DNA from: an uncultured virus (IMG/VR IMGVR_UViG_3300008113_011532)
Lineage: Duplodnaviria; Heunggongvirae; Uroviricota; Caudoviricetes
Virus record (IMG/VR): IMGVR_UViG_3300008113_011532
Length of the DNA stretch: 64,000 nt
Reading direction: 5' to 3' (one strand)
The notes under the pieces were generated by a model. It was given only the letters and a program-made list of their open reading frames with translations. It did no database searches and was not told the origin of the DNA. The position numbers and the translations under genes are program-made. Shown in pieces: positions 38,927 through 48,462 of the stretch. Numbering within the stretch: the stretch's first letter is position 1; every line of letters begins with the position of its first letter.

Positions 38927-40846
38927 TTAGTTAGATTTCCTCACCCTCAGGTACCAGTCGGTCAAAAGCTTGATCTGACGAGTTGTGTAACCCCTATCCT
39001 TCATCCTGTTTATGAACTCAGAATGCTTCTTCTCGTCGTCCTTAGTGGCTTTGGTGGTGAAAGATATGACAGGAATGATGTCCTCGGTCTTAGAGAATAT
39101 CCTCTTCTCGATGACGTTCCTTATCTTCTCGTAAGAGTCCCATGTTGGAGCCTCACCAGCTCTCGCCCTATGCCTGAGGTAGAACTGAACGACGTCGTTC
39201 CTGAAGTCCTTAGGGTTAGCGATGCCCGCAGGCTTCTCAATCTTCTCGAGCTCCTCGTTGAGGGCGGCGCGGTCGAACTGCTGACCGGTCTCAGGATCGC
39301 GGTAGTCGTTGTCCTGGCACCAATGGTCAGCATACGTGATGTACCTCTCGAAGAGGTTCTGTCCGTACTCCTGGTAGGAGTCGACGTAAGCCTTCTGTAT
39401 CTCCTCACCGATGAACTCAGCGTACTTGGCGCTAATCTTAGACTTGAGTATGTTCAAGTAGTAGTCCTCGGTCTCCTTCGCCAGCTGAAGCTTGACAATC
39501 TCCTGCTCGAGCACGTAGAAAAGGTGAACCGGGTTAGCCGCGACCTCCTCGGAGTCGTGGTTGAAAACCTTCGACAGAACCTTGAAGGCGAAACGCGTAG
39601 AGATACCGTTCATACCCTCTGTGATACCAGCGTCGTCCTTGTACTCCTGAAGCGACTTCGCCTTAGGGTCGGACTCCTTCAGTGACTCGCCGTTATAGAT
39701 CCTCATCTTAGAGTAAAGATTGGAGTTCTCCGGGCTTTTAAGCCTCGTCATAACGCAGAACTTCGCGAGAAGGTCCAAAGTCTGAGGGGCACAAGGCGCA
39801 CCAGACAGAGACGAGTGCTTCAGAAGCTTTCCGTAGATCTCGACCTCCTCGTCGACGCGTAGGCAGTAAGGAACTCTCACGATGTAGACCCTGTCAAGGA
39901 ATGCCTCGTTCTTCTTATCGTTCGAGAAAGTCTCCCACTCGGACTCGTTGGAGTGAGCCAGAATGATTCCTTGGAAAGGAATGGCCGGAAGGTTCTCGGT
40001 GCCGTTGAAGTTGCCCTCCTGGGTAGCAGTCAACAAAGGATGGAGCACCTTTATAGGCGCCTTGAACATCTCTACGAACTCCATCATACCCTGGTTTGAA
40101 CGGCAAAGCGAGCCCGAGTAGTTGTAAGCGTCGGCGTCGTTCTGCGGGTACTCCGCGAGCTTCCTGATGTCGACCTTACCTACAAGCGCACTGATGTCCT
40201 GGTTGTTCTCGTCGCCAGGCTCGGTCTTCGCAATACCGATCTGAGAAGCTATTGAAAGCTTCATCTTCCTGACCTTGAACTTGGTCACGTCACCGCCGAA
40301 CTCGGCAAGCCTCTTGGTCGCCCACGGCGACGCGCAGGAAGGCACGTACCTCTTAGGTATGCCGTACTCAGCCTCGAGCTCCTCCCTGTGTGACGCGAAC
40401 AATCCGAGCGGGTTCTCGAAAACTGGAGACACCTCACCGTCCGCCACAAGTACGTAAACGGTGCTCTTCTCCATAAGCTGCTTCAGCCTCTCAGCGAGTG
40501 ATGACTTACCGCCACCAACCGGACCGAGAAGGTAAAGTATCTGCTTCTTCTCCTCGAGGCCCTGCGCCGCGTGCTTGAAGAACGAAACTATCTGCTCGAT
40601 GGTCTCCTCCATGCCATAAAACTCGGCGAACGACGGATATCTCTTGATAAGCTTGTTGGAGTAGATCCTACTCAGCCTCTCGTCCAACTTGGTGTCGACC
40701 ACCTCCGGCTGACCTATGGCATCAAGCATCCTCTCAGCAGGGCTGGAATAAGCCTTCTCGCTCTTGCAAAGCTCCAGGTACTCGACCAGTGTGAGGTCCT
40801 TGCCACCCTGGCTGAACTCCTTCTTGATTGCGGTTAGTAAACTCAT
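38927..40846 (-). CDS. prkA: PrkA/YeaG AAA+ serine kinase family protein
   Basis: LLGPVGGGKSSLAE, EPGDENNQDISALVGKVD, EFVEMFKAPIKVLHPLLTATQE, AHSNESEW, GISTRF. Confidence 0.97.
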   Translation of the reverse strand: MSLLTAIKKEFSQGGKDLTLVEYLELCKSEKAYSSPAERMLDAIGQPEVVDTKLDERLSRIYSNKLIKRYPSFAEFYGMEETIEQIVSFFKHAAQGLEEKKQILYLLGPVGGGKSSLAERLKQLMEKSTVYVLVADGEVSPVFENPLGLFASHREELEAEYGIPKRYVPSCASPWATKRLAEFGGDVTKFKVRKMKLSIASQIGIAKTEPGDENNQDISALVGKVDIRKLAEYPQNDADAYNYSGSLCRSNQGMMEFVEMFKAPIKVLHPLLTATQEGNFNGTENLPAIPFQGIILAHSNESEWETFSNDKKNEAFLDRVYIVRVPYCLRVDEEVEIYGKLLKHSSLSGAPCAPQTLDLLAKFCVMTRLKSPENSNLYSKMRIYNGESLKESDPKAKSLQEYKDDAGITEGMNGISTRFAFKVLSKVFNHDSEEVAANPVHLFYVLEQEIVKLQLAKETEDYYLNILKSKISAKYAEFIGEEIQKAYVDSYQEYGQNLFERYITYADHWCQDNDYRDPETGQQFDRAALNEELEKIEKPAGIANPKDFRNDVVQFYLRHRARAGEAPTWDSYEKIRNVIEKRIFSKTEDIIPVISFTTKATKDDEKKHSEFINRMKDRGYTTRQIKLLTDWYLRVRKSN

Positions 40847-40991
40847 ATTTCGTGTTTTAGTTTTTCGTTAGTAACGTGTTACCTATTCGTTATATATTCA
40901 CCTTTATACGTCCCAACGAGCCCAAAGTCGGTACGGACGAGCAAAATACGCGTTTTTTGGTACACTCGACATTTTTCACTACATTAGTGGC

Positions 40992-41231
40992 ATGAGCAAT
41001 GGCTGTAGAAGACCGTGCAAGGAATGCCCTTGGACAAACGAAAACAATCACAACGCGAAGTTCCGCGAGTGGAGCGATAAAATGTCTTCAATGGGCAAGA
41101 ACCAGGCGTGCCATATGGAGACTAGCGACGTCTGGGGCCAGAATACCGAGATAAACCGGACAAACGAGTGCGTCGGAAGGAAACTAATGCGTGAAACAAA
41201 CATAGTAAAAGACAAACCAAAAAACCAATGA
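40992..41231 (+). CDS. Small Cys/His metal-binding protein
   Basis: PCKECPW...ACH...ECVG. Confidence 0.7.
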   Translation: MSNGCRRPCKECPWTNENNHNAKFREWSDKMSSMGKNQACHMETSDVWGQNTEINRTNECVGRKLMRETNIVKDKPKNQ

Positions 41232-42301
41232 TGGAAAAAAAGGACCTAACATCGATACTCACAAGCCACGAGCCGTTGGCAATGAGGTATTTCGCACTAA
41301 AATACGGCACGTTTCCGAACGAGCTGAGCATAGACATAGACGTCGACTGCAAGAACTTCGACACTGAGCTGCAGCAAATACTCGGAGGAGAGCTTCTCGA
41401 GCGATACACAGAGGAGACCATGAACACGCTCGGCTTCGACGAGAACGGCCACAAAGGCGAGAACAGCACCGCGATCGACTACGTGCTGAGGAGGGAAACG
41501 CTGATGAGCATAAACTGGAGAGGCGACCAGATCAAGGTCTTCTTCAAGGCAGCGGAGTGCCCGTACATCGAACAAATAATGACGGCCATCAGGAACTCGA
41601 CCAAGAAGAACGAGGACGAGGCAAACTTCTACATGCTATCCAACGACGGCGGATACCTGTCGCTTCGCAGGATGAACTTCAAGTTCGACGACAAGTACTC
41701 GCTGGAGGACCTCTACAACGACGACCTGATAGAGAAGCAGGAGACAATCGACGACTTCATACACAACGCGAAGTCCGGCCTTATGCTGTTCCACGGAGAT
41801 CCTGGCACAGGAAAGACATCGTTCATAAAGAGCCTCATAAGACACAACGAAGTAACGAAGTTCATATACCTACCGAACCAGATGTTCGGTCAGCTCGAGG
41901 CACCCTCTTTCATAAACTTCTTCGCGAACCACCAGGACTCCATCATAGTAATCGAGGACGCAGAGGCGCTACTGACAGAGAGAAAAGAGGGCAACACTTC
42001 AATATCGACACTACTAAACCTCACTGACGGGATGCTCGGAGAGGCGCTGAGGATAAAGGTCATATGCACGTTCAACTGCGACATCAACCAAATCGACAGC
42101 GCGCTGAAAAGAAAGGGAAGGCTCAAGTTCTCTTACGACTTCAAAGAGCTCACTCTCGAGAAGACCAACGCGCTGCTGAAGAAGGCAGGACACGACCACG
42201 TCGCGAAAGAGCCGATGGTGCTCACCAACATCATCAACTTCGACATCGACCAGTACGAGAAGGAGGAAAAGCCAACAATCGGTTTCACTAACCGTAAATA
42301 G
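41228..42301 (+). CDS. AAA+ ATPase
   Basis: GDPGTGKT, IVIEDAE, LLNLTDG, TFN, ALKRKGRL, terminal IGF. Confidence 0.9.
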   Translation: MMEKKDLTSILTSHEPLAMRYFALKYGTFPNELSIDIDVDCKNFDTELQQILGGELLERYTEETMNTLGFDENGHKGENSTAIDYVLRRETLMSINWRGDQIKVFFKAAECPYIEQIMTAIRNSTKKNEDEANFYMLSNDGGYLSLRRMNFKFDDKYSLEDLYNDDLIEKQETIDDFIHNAKSGLMLFHGDPGTGKTSFIKSLIRHNEVTKFIYLPNQMFGQLEAPSFINFFANHQDSIIVIEDAEALLTERKEGNTSISTLLNLTDGMLGEALRIKVICTFNCDINQIDSALKRKGRLKFSYDFKELTLEKTNALLKKAGHDHVAKEPMVLTNIINFDIDQYEKEEKPTIGFTNRK

Positions 42302-42323
42302 AAGCCTTCGATAAATAGGCACT

Positions 42324-42397
42324 GGTCCCGTAGCTCAATTGTATAGAGCACTGGATTTCGGCTCCAGGGGCTGGGGGTTAGAATCCCTCCGGGACCA
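42324..42397 (+). tRNA. tRNA-Arg(TCG)
   Basis: GGTCCCG/CGGGACC acceptor, GCTC/GAGC D stem, CTGGA-TTTCGGC-TCCAG anticodon arm, T loop TTAGAAT. Confidence 0.88.
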
Positions 42398-42411
42398 CTA
42401 AAAAAGAAACA

Positions 42412-42729
42412 ATGGAAGGACTCGAGATAAGCACCAAGACGACCGGGTTCGGATCGCCAGCCAGGGCGTACACCACCAAAAGGCTCGACCCTAACGACCT
42501 CATAATAGAGGATCCGCTGACGACGTTCTTCTTCCAATGGGACGGTGAGGAGAAGCTCGGCCTTAGAAAAGGCGAGTACCTCGTCGTGGACCGCGCGAAG
42601 GAGCCAGATCCGGAAGACCTGGTGATACACGAGCTAGACGGAAGGCTGACCGCAGCGAAGTTCGAAGAGATAGAACCCGCCTCGCTATGGGGCACAATAA
42701 CCTGGAAGATATGCAAGGCAAGAGGATAG
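42412..42729 (+). CDS. umuD: UmuD-like S24 protein lacking the catalytic dyad
   Basis: TGFGSPARAY, LDPNDLII, YLVVDRA, LWGTITW; directly upstream of umuC. Confidence 0.8.
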   Translation: MEGLEISTKTTGFGSPARAYTTKRLDPNDLIIEDPLTTFFFQWDGEEKLGLRKGEYLVVDRAKEPDPEDLVIHELDGRLTAAKFEEIEPASLWGTITWKICKARG

Positions 42730-43892
42730 CGATAGTCGACTGTAACAACTTCTACGTGTCGTGCGAGAGGCTGTTCAACCCGGCGCTGAAGACCGTACCG
42801 ACCGTCGTGCTATCAAACAACGACGGCTGCATCATCGCGCGCAGCCAGGAGATAAAGGATATGGGCATCAGGATGGGACAGCCGCTGTTCCAGCTCGAGG
42901 AACCCGTGCAGCAGGAGATGGTGAAGTTCTCTTCGAACTACGAGCTGTACGGCGACATCTCGGACAGGATAGCTAAGATACTGGCCAGGTTCACCGACCA
43001 CATAGAGGTCTACTCAATCGACGAGTCGTTCCTGGACCTCACCCACATACCCGAGAGCGAGCTAAGGAACTACATGTCGATGATACGCGATGAGGTGCTA
43101 AGGCTTACAGGCATACCCGTTTCAATCGGCGCGGGCCCGAACAAGACACTCGCGAAGCTGACGAACGCGATCGCGAAGAAGGACAAGAGTAGAAACGGCG
43201 TCTGCCACACCGGAGAGGTCGAGACTTTCGACAAGACGCCGGTCGAGGACGTCTGGGGAATAGGAAGCCGCTGGGCCAAAAAGCTCGCGAAGGTCGGAAC
43301 ACACAACGTCGGCGACTTCAAGAGGATGCAGGCAGCACAGGTCAAGAGAATGCTGACCGTCGTCGGTCTAAGGACCTGGATGGAACTGAACGGCCATATG
43401 GTCCACGAGATAAAGACAGACTTCAAGAGGCCCGCGACGGTCACGTCCTCGAGGAGCTTCGGCAAGACAACTTGGCAGAAGGAACAGGTCGGCGACGCGA
43501 TATGGACGTTCCTCGAGGACGCCAACTCGAAGATGAGAAACGAGGGGCTGAAGGCGAGGAGGCTGACGGTGTTCGCCGTGACGAACAGGTTCAGCGACGA
43601 CAGGACGTACTGGTCGCGAACCGTGACGCTACACACTCCTACCAACGACACGCAGTCGATGTGGAACGAGGTCGGACACTACATCGAGGATCTTCCTCTC
43701 AGGCTTTGGGCCAGGGCAGGCGTGGCGATGAACGACCTGGTGCCGGAAGGCCTCGAGACGCCGAAGCTTTTCGACGAGGAACACCCGCACAGGGAAAGGC
43801 CAAAGGTCGATGCACAGCTCTGGATGACTAGGCGCGAGTTCATGTCCGAGAAGAGGACCACGGACTGGTCGGACGTTCCGAAGATTTGGTGA
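42711..43892 (+). CDS. umuC: Y-family translesion DNA polymerase (UmuC-like)
   Basis: VDCNNFYVSCER, VLSNNDGC, FSSNYELYGD, YSIDES, VWGIG, terminal W..RRE.MS...TTDW. Confidence 0.95.
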   Translation: MQGKRIAIVDCNNFYVSCERLFNPALKTVPTVVLSNNDGCIIARSQEIKDMGIRMGQPLFQLEEPVQQEMVKFSSNYELYGDISDRIAKILARFTDHIEVYSIDESFLDLTHIPESELRNYMSMIRDEVLRLTGIPVSIGAGPNKTLAKLTNAIAKKDKSRNGVCHTGEVETFDKTPVEDVWGIGSRWAKKLAKVGTHNVGDFKRMQAAQVKRMLTVVGLRTWMELNGHMVHEIKTDFKRPATVTSSRSFGKTTWQKEQVGDAIWTFLEDANSKMRNEGLKARRLTVFAVTNRFSDDRTYWSRTVTLHTPTNDTQSMWNEVGHYIEDLPLRLWARAGVAMNDLVPEGLETPKLFDEEHPHRERPKVDAQLWMTRREFMSEKRTTDWSDVPKIW

Positions 43893-43920
43893 TTACTCGA
43901 AAAATAGCTATCTTGGCAAT

Positions 43921-44325
43921 ATGAAACTGCACATCGGAGACATATCAATCGACCACTTCGGCGAAACTCACAGCGAGAGCGTCAAGAAGCTCAACAAGGT
44001 AAAGAAGGCGACTATCAAGATCAACTTCTACATCTACGATGACGACGATAAAGGAGGATCCAAAGACTTAGAAATGCTGGAGAAATACAAGGACATCTGC
44101 GAAAACAGAATGCCCAGCAGCATAATATCGTCAAAGCACAACTACAACTGGGTCTTCGAAGGCGTCAGGTTGGTTGATTTCACAATCACAAACAAAAAAA
44201 GAAGCAAGTTCTTCGAAGGAGACATAGTCGAGACTACGCTGAACTTCGAGTTCGACAGCTGCCACGGGACGAACGACCTGAAGTCCGCGCAGAGGCACAT
44301 ACAACTAAACAGCATAGGACTATGA
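43921..44325 (+). CDS. C-tagged hypothetical protein
   Basis: Ends QRHIQLNSIGL; TATCTTGG 4 nt upstream. Confidence 0.75.
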   Translation: MKLHIGDISIDHFGETHSESVKKLNKVKKATIKINFYIYDDDDKGGSKDLEMLEKYKDICENRMPSSIISSKHNYNWVFEGVRLVDFTITNKKRSKFFEGDIVETTLNFEFDSCHGTNDLKSAQRHIQLNSIGL

Positions 44326-44843
44326 GAAAGATGTGGAGGATAAAGCCGCAGTATTACGACGAGATCATAGTAAACAGCGAGGAGGAGCTAAACGAATGGT
44401 GCCTGAACAAGTTCATGTCGAACAACTACTCATTCATGGGAAAAATCGAGATAAACGAGTACGTGATCGCAAGCGAGACAACCACCGACTTCGAGGCGTA
44501 CGTGGACTCGATGGTACGTGACATCAGGATAGAAACCGTACTAGACAACGGCAGTGCCGATACGCAGTACCGTAAGGACCTTAACAATCTGTTCGTCATG
44601 GTCGAGAAGTCCGGACACAACCCAGAAAGGCTCGACTTCATAAGGAAGTGCCTGGTCCTGAACGGATGGAAGGAAAGCAACTGCAGGGAGATACTCGGCA
44701 GGAACAAAAGATTTTTCGTCAGATCGGTGCCAGAAAAGCTGGACGAGCAGGACAGGGAGGAGTACTTCGAAAAGCTGGCCAAGGTGAAGAACTTCGAAAT
44801 CGAGAAGCACAAAAGACAACTCGTAACCATAAAGATAAAATGA
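44322..44843 (+). CDS. Hypothetical protein with internal tag-like helix
   Basis: VRDIRIETVLD; ATGA overlaps. Confidence 0.75.
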   Translation: MRKMWRIKPQYYDEIIVNSEEELNEWCLNKFMSNNYSFMGKIEINEYVIASETTTDFEAYVDSMVRDIRIETVLDNGSADTQYRKDLNNLFVMVEKSGHNPERLDFIRKCLVLNGWKESNCREILGRNKRFFVRSVPEKLDEQDREEYFEKLAKVKNFEIEKHKRQLVTIKIK

Positions 44844-45043
44844 ACGCGAAAGACCTAGTAAAAGAAATAGTGGGCGACCTTCCCGGCGTCGACACCTGGA
44901 TGGACGGGCTCGAGTACGGGTGCGAGCAGTCGCTGGCCAGGTTCCCCTTCAGCGAAGACGACCTAATAAAGGCCATAAACCTCGCTAAGGAGAACCCAGT
45001 GCTGACGACAGAGGAAATACTAACACAGATAAAACAGAGATGA
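44840..45043 (+). CDS. Hypothetical protein
   Basis: ATGA-coupled 67-aa ORF. Confidence 0.7.
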   Translation: MNAKDLVKEIVGDLPGVDTWMDGLEYGCEQSLARFPFSEDDLIKAINLAKENPVLTTEEILTQIKQR

Positions 45044-45252
45044 TGGACGCAATAGAGCACAACAACAGAGAAAGACTGAAGGCGTTCGCCAACGCACCGG
45101 CGAGCGAGATGAGCATCAGGGACAAAATCGCGACCGACGCGATGTCCAGCCTCATCAAGACCATGAACATACACAGCGAGGCAAACCTCGACAAGGTCGC
45201 AGACATCGCAGCTAAGATGGCGGACGAGATGATAAACAGGCTAAGCAAATGA
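45040..45252 (+). CDS. Hypothetical phage protein
   Basis: MSIRDKIATDAM...AAKMADEMI. Confidence 0.7.
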   Translation: MMDAIEHNNRERLKAFANAPASEMSIRDKIATDAMSSLIKTMNIHSEANLDKVADIAAKMADEMINRLSK

Positions 45253-45503
45253 AAGACCAAATAAGCTTCGAGGCCGACGAGGTTCTCGTCGGTCCAGGTT
45301 CCTACCGAAAGGTGGCCGTCGAGATAAAGGCCCACCCCAGGGACGTACTCGACAACTTCACGATTGAGGAGATATTCGAGATAAAAGATCCTGATATTGA
45401 TGACGTGCTAGACAGATGGACGATGGAGCAAGTGCTGGAGCACTACGACGTAGACGACGTGCTGCAGTGGTGTCGTGAAAAGAGGCTCGACGGAATCGTC
45501 TAA
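45249..45503 (+). CDS. C-tagged hypothetical protein
   Basis: Internal DVLD repeats; ends CREKRLDGIV. Confidence 0.7.
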   Translation: MKDQISFEADEVLVGPGSYRKVAVEIKAHPRDVLDNFTIEEIFEIKDPDIDDVLDRWTMEQVLEHYDVDDVLQWCREKRLDGIV

Positions 45504-46120
45504 AATGAGACGCAGTCCTCTACATCCAAAGTAGAGTACCAACACCACCACGCACCGTTCGTCTTGTACATAGTCGCGAAGTGTCTGGTCTTCGTCTTAG
45601 GCTGCCACTCGAACTTTCCGTCCTTCCATTCCACAGAGCCTTGGTTCAGCGTCACGAACTGCGACTCCTTCTCGCCGATGAAATACGTCTCGTTCCCGAG
45701 AACGACGTGCTCGTAATTCTTAATCATATCCGCGTATATCTCCTCGGACTTCTCAGGTACGGATCCGACCAGGAGAGTCCTCCTCCGGCTCAGGTCGCGC
45801 GCGAAGTCATCGTCCATGTAGTCGACCAGGACGCAGTCCTTCCTATAGACCATCACACAATGAAAAGCGTGTATCCACTTCACCTTCTGTGCGAAGTATC
45901 CAATCTCGTCGAGCCTAGCAATCGCCTCGTGTACGGACTCTACATCGGGTCCTTCTTCGAGACGGAAAATGAACACCGAATCGGTCTCCTTCCCGTCCTT
46001 CACGCTCGTCGTCTCGAGTGAGAAGTCAATTCCGTCGTTCTCGCACATTGACGCGATAACCTGCATCACATATCCCCTGTCTCCTTCGAGGAAGCTCTCA
46101 AATGTCCTTACGTATCTCAT
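45500..46120 (-). CDS. N-tagged hypothetical protein
   Basis: MRYVRTFESFLE; TATATATA at 46125-46132. Confidence 0.8.
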   Translation of the reverse strand: MRYVRTFESFLEGDRGYVMQVIASMCENDGIDFSLETTSVKDGKETDSVFIFRLEEGPDVESVHEAIARLDEIGYFAQKVKWIHAFHCVMVYRKDCVLVDYMDDDFARDLSRRRTLLVGSVPEKSEEIYADMIKNYEHVVLGNETYFIGEKESQFVTLNQGSVEWKDGKFEWQPKTKTRHFATMYKTNGAWWCWYSTLDVEDCVSF

Positions 46121-46135
46121 ACACTATATATAAAA

Positions 46136-47545
46136 TCACTCCATCGGAATTCCCCAACTGTGGTAGACGTCAATCTTCCCGGCGATGCCGTTCTCGTTCA
46201 GCACCTTGCCATGCCCGTTGTCCTTGAACAGCCAGTCGCAGAGCTCCTTAGAAGCGTGCCCGCCGTTCTCGTCGACGAGGTAGTAGTGGTGCAGCCTGAT
46301 GCCCCTGTAGGCCCTGCCCCAGTGGAAGATGTCGTACGAGTCGTACTCCCAGTCGATGGCACAGTTCTTATCGAGCAGAGTGTACTCGCGCTTGTCGTTT
46401 ATTATCTCGACCGTCTCGTTCGGCTTCCTGGTCCTGTACCAAAGGAGGTAAGAAGGCTTGTTAGGGAAACCGTCCTCCTCGGACCACTGGCCGTACCCGA
46501 AGTACTTCCCGTCTAGTATGTCCTGAATCAGATCAAGGAAAGACATGCCAGATAGGATGTCGAGCTTGTCGTTCACGTTCTGCTGCCTTTCGCCGGACCA
46601 GTACATCCACCGGTTGTCGCCGTTGCCAGACCAGTGGTAGTCCTTGCAGTAGCCGCTGTAGCCCAGGAACCTCTGCCACTCCTCGCCTTTCTGCGAGCGC
46701 TCGATGTACTGGAAAGGACCCTGAACATCATCACCCAGGTCGCCCGGTATCGCCGGAAACTCAGCCCTGCTCGACCAGTCGTTCCACTTTTTCCTGCTGT
46801 AGACCTTGTAGAACTCCGTCTGCCATCCCTTCAAGAAGTTGGATATCCCGTCGGACGGGAAAGCCCTGTGATCGCGTATCCTCCACTTCACCGGAAGAAG
46901 GCTCTTCGCCGCCTCGTAGGTCGTGAACCTGTTCAGCATCTGTCTGGCGAGGACGTAGTCGGTCGAAGGCTTCTTCGGGAAGTACCTGTCGTTAGGCTCT
47001 TCCTGCGTTCCTGCGAGCTCGGCTATGCGTGTTATGCCCCTGAGCTCAGGAATGCGGCTGCCCGGACACTTGTACTCGTAGAGCCACATCCCCTGAAGGT
47101 CCTCGAGGCACCTCGTTATCTCAAGCTGTATCTGAACTCCCATCTCCTCGACCATCGCCTTCAGGTCGTTCGCCTTCGCCTGCACAGCGTTGTACGAGTC
47201 GTGGTTCTCAGGAGTCGTCACCTTAGTCACGATGCCGCTGGTTATCTTGCAAACCAACGTCGCTATTATGGCAGCCGGCGTTCCTGCCTTGAATACCACG
47301 CCCAGGCCCTCGATTATCTTTGAGAACCAGAAACCCGCAGCCTGCGCGGTCGAGTCCCTCATCGTCTTGGTGTTCACCGTGTTCTGCACGTAGAGTATGT
47401 TTATCTTGGCGTCCTCGACGACGTCGTCGACCAGCTGGTAGACCGTCCTCAGGTTCTCGCAGACGACGTTCAGAACCTCGTCGTCGAATACTATCACCCC
47501 GGAAACCTTCTTCGAGTTCCAGGACTTAGGCATGTATGTGCTCAT
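46136..47545 (-). CDS. Large hypothetical protein with hydrophobic hairpin
   Basis: 469 aa; FWFSKIIEGLGVVFKAGTPAAIIATLVCKITSGIV; Trp-rich C-terminal half. Confidence 0.75.
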   Translation of the reverse strand: MSTYMPKSWNSKKVSGVIVFDDEVLNVVCENLRTVYQLVDDVVEDAKINILYVQNTVNTKTMRDSTAQAAGFWFSKIIEGLGVVFKAGTPAAIIATLVCKITSGIVTKVTTPENHDSYNAVQAKANDLKAMVEEMGVQIQLEITRCLEDLQGMWLYEYKCPGSRIPELRGITRIAELAGTQEEPNDRYFPKKPSTDYVLARQMLNRFTTYEAAKSLLPVKWRIRDHRAFPSDGISNFLKGWQTEFYKVYSRKKWNDWSSRAEFPAIPGDLGDDVQGPFQYIERSQKGEEWQRFLGYSGYCKDYHWSGNGDNRWMYWSGERQQNVNDKLDILSGMSFLDLIQDILDGKYFGYGQWSEEDGFPNKPSYLLWYRTRKPNETVEIINDKREYTLLDKNCAIDWEYDSYDIFHWGRAYRGIRLHHYYLVDENGGHASKELCDWLFKDNGHGKVLNENGIAGKIDVYHSWGIPME

Positions 47546-47606
47546 AAAACAAAATCTTTTTTTGTATATATCGATATCAATTATTATCTTGGCAAAAAAG
47601 AAGACC

Positions 47607-47963
47607 ATGTACAAAGGAAAGATGCTATACACGACACACCCGAAGGACTACAAGACCAACTCGAACGACATACACCTGGGCGTCTACGGGATATTCCACA
47701 CCGAGAAGGTGCTCTGGACGTACCACGTAATATCCTACTACAACAAGGCCAACGGCAGCATGCAGCTCACAGACGACATCTGCGGAAGGTACCTCGACGC
47801 GACATACGACAGCGTGAAATCCTACGGCAAGAGATTCGACACCGTCGAGGACGGCCGCAAGTTCATCGAGGAGTACAAGGTGAAGTGGGAGACAGGGTCA
47901 AACAACACCGCGCAGGAGATTAGAGACAAGAAGATAGACGAACTACTAGACGAGGATCAATGA
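47607..47963 (+). CDS. C-tagged hypothetical protein
   Basis: Ends IRDKKIDELLDEDQ. Confidence 0.75.
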   Translation: MYKGKMLYTTHPKDYKTNSNDIHLGVYGIFHTEKVLWTYHVISYYNKANGSMQLTDDICGRYLDATYDSVKSYGKRFDTVEDGRKFIEEYKVKWETGSNNTAQEIRDKKIDELLDEDQ

Positions 47964-48319
47964 GCACGTTCGGAAAGAGGGCGCTGAAGAAGTGGGACTA
48001 CAACGCCGACAAGTTCCAGGCGAACAGGTTCAACAAGTCCCCGAAGGAGATACAGCTCGCCATACTCGAGAAGTGGTACCCTATCGGCATGACCTGCGAG
48101 AGGAAGGACTACTTCGGAAAATGGGAAGCGGGATACACCATAACGGGCTACTCGGAGCACCTGACATACTACACCGTCGAGACGCGCCGGGAATGGCTCA
48201 TCGTCAACATGAAGTCTGTACAGGAAGGAACTTTCCCACCGCTGGCGCTGAAGCCGGACCAAAACTGGCTGAAGGTACAGAGACGTGACGACAAACTCAA
48301 CAAGCTTGGCATAGATTAG
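47960..48319 (+). CDS. C-tagged hypothetical protein
   Basis: Ends RRDDKLNKLGID. Confidence 0.8.
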   Translation: MSTFGKRALKKWDYNADKFQANRFNKSPKEIQLAILEKWYPIGMTCERKDYFGKWEAGYTITGYSEHLTYYTVETRREWLIVNMKSVQEGTFPPLALKPDQNWLKVQRRDDKLNKLGID

Positions 48320-48462
48320 ATTTTTACTCGCCGTGATTTTCATTTTATTTTACAAACAATTTGTATAAAAAAACAATTTTAGATATATAAAAGTATAATC
48401 CGACCTGCCCATGGAAGATGGGGGTTTCTTCAAGTGGATTCATTTATTTTATAAATAAGTCG

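Noticed and set aside
14621..40837. Long antisense or alternate-frame ORFs (for example 15569..16270, 24752..25603, 28098..28787, 38906..39685)
   Set aside because: They are shadows of real genes caused by C/G-ending codon bias and have no motifs or promoters.
48398..48441. Possible riboswitch upstream of the secreted protein (ATCC...CCCAT-GGAAG-ATGGG...GGAT)
   Set aside because: Only short stems, with no match to a riboswitch consensus I recognise.
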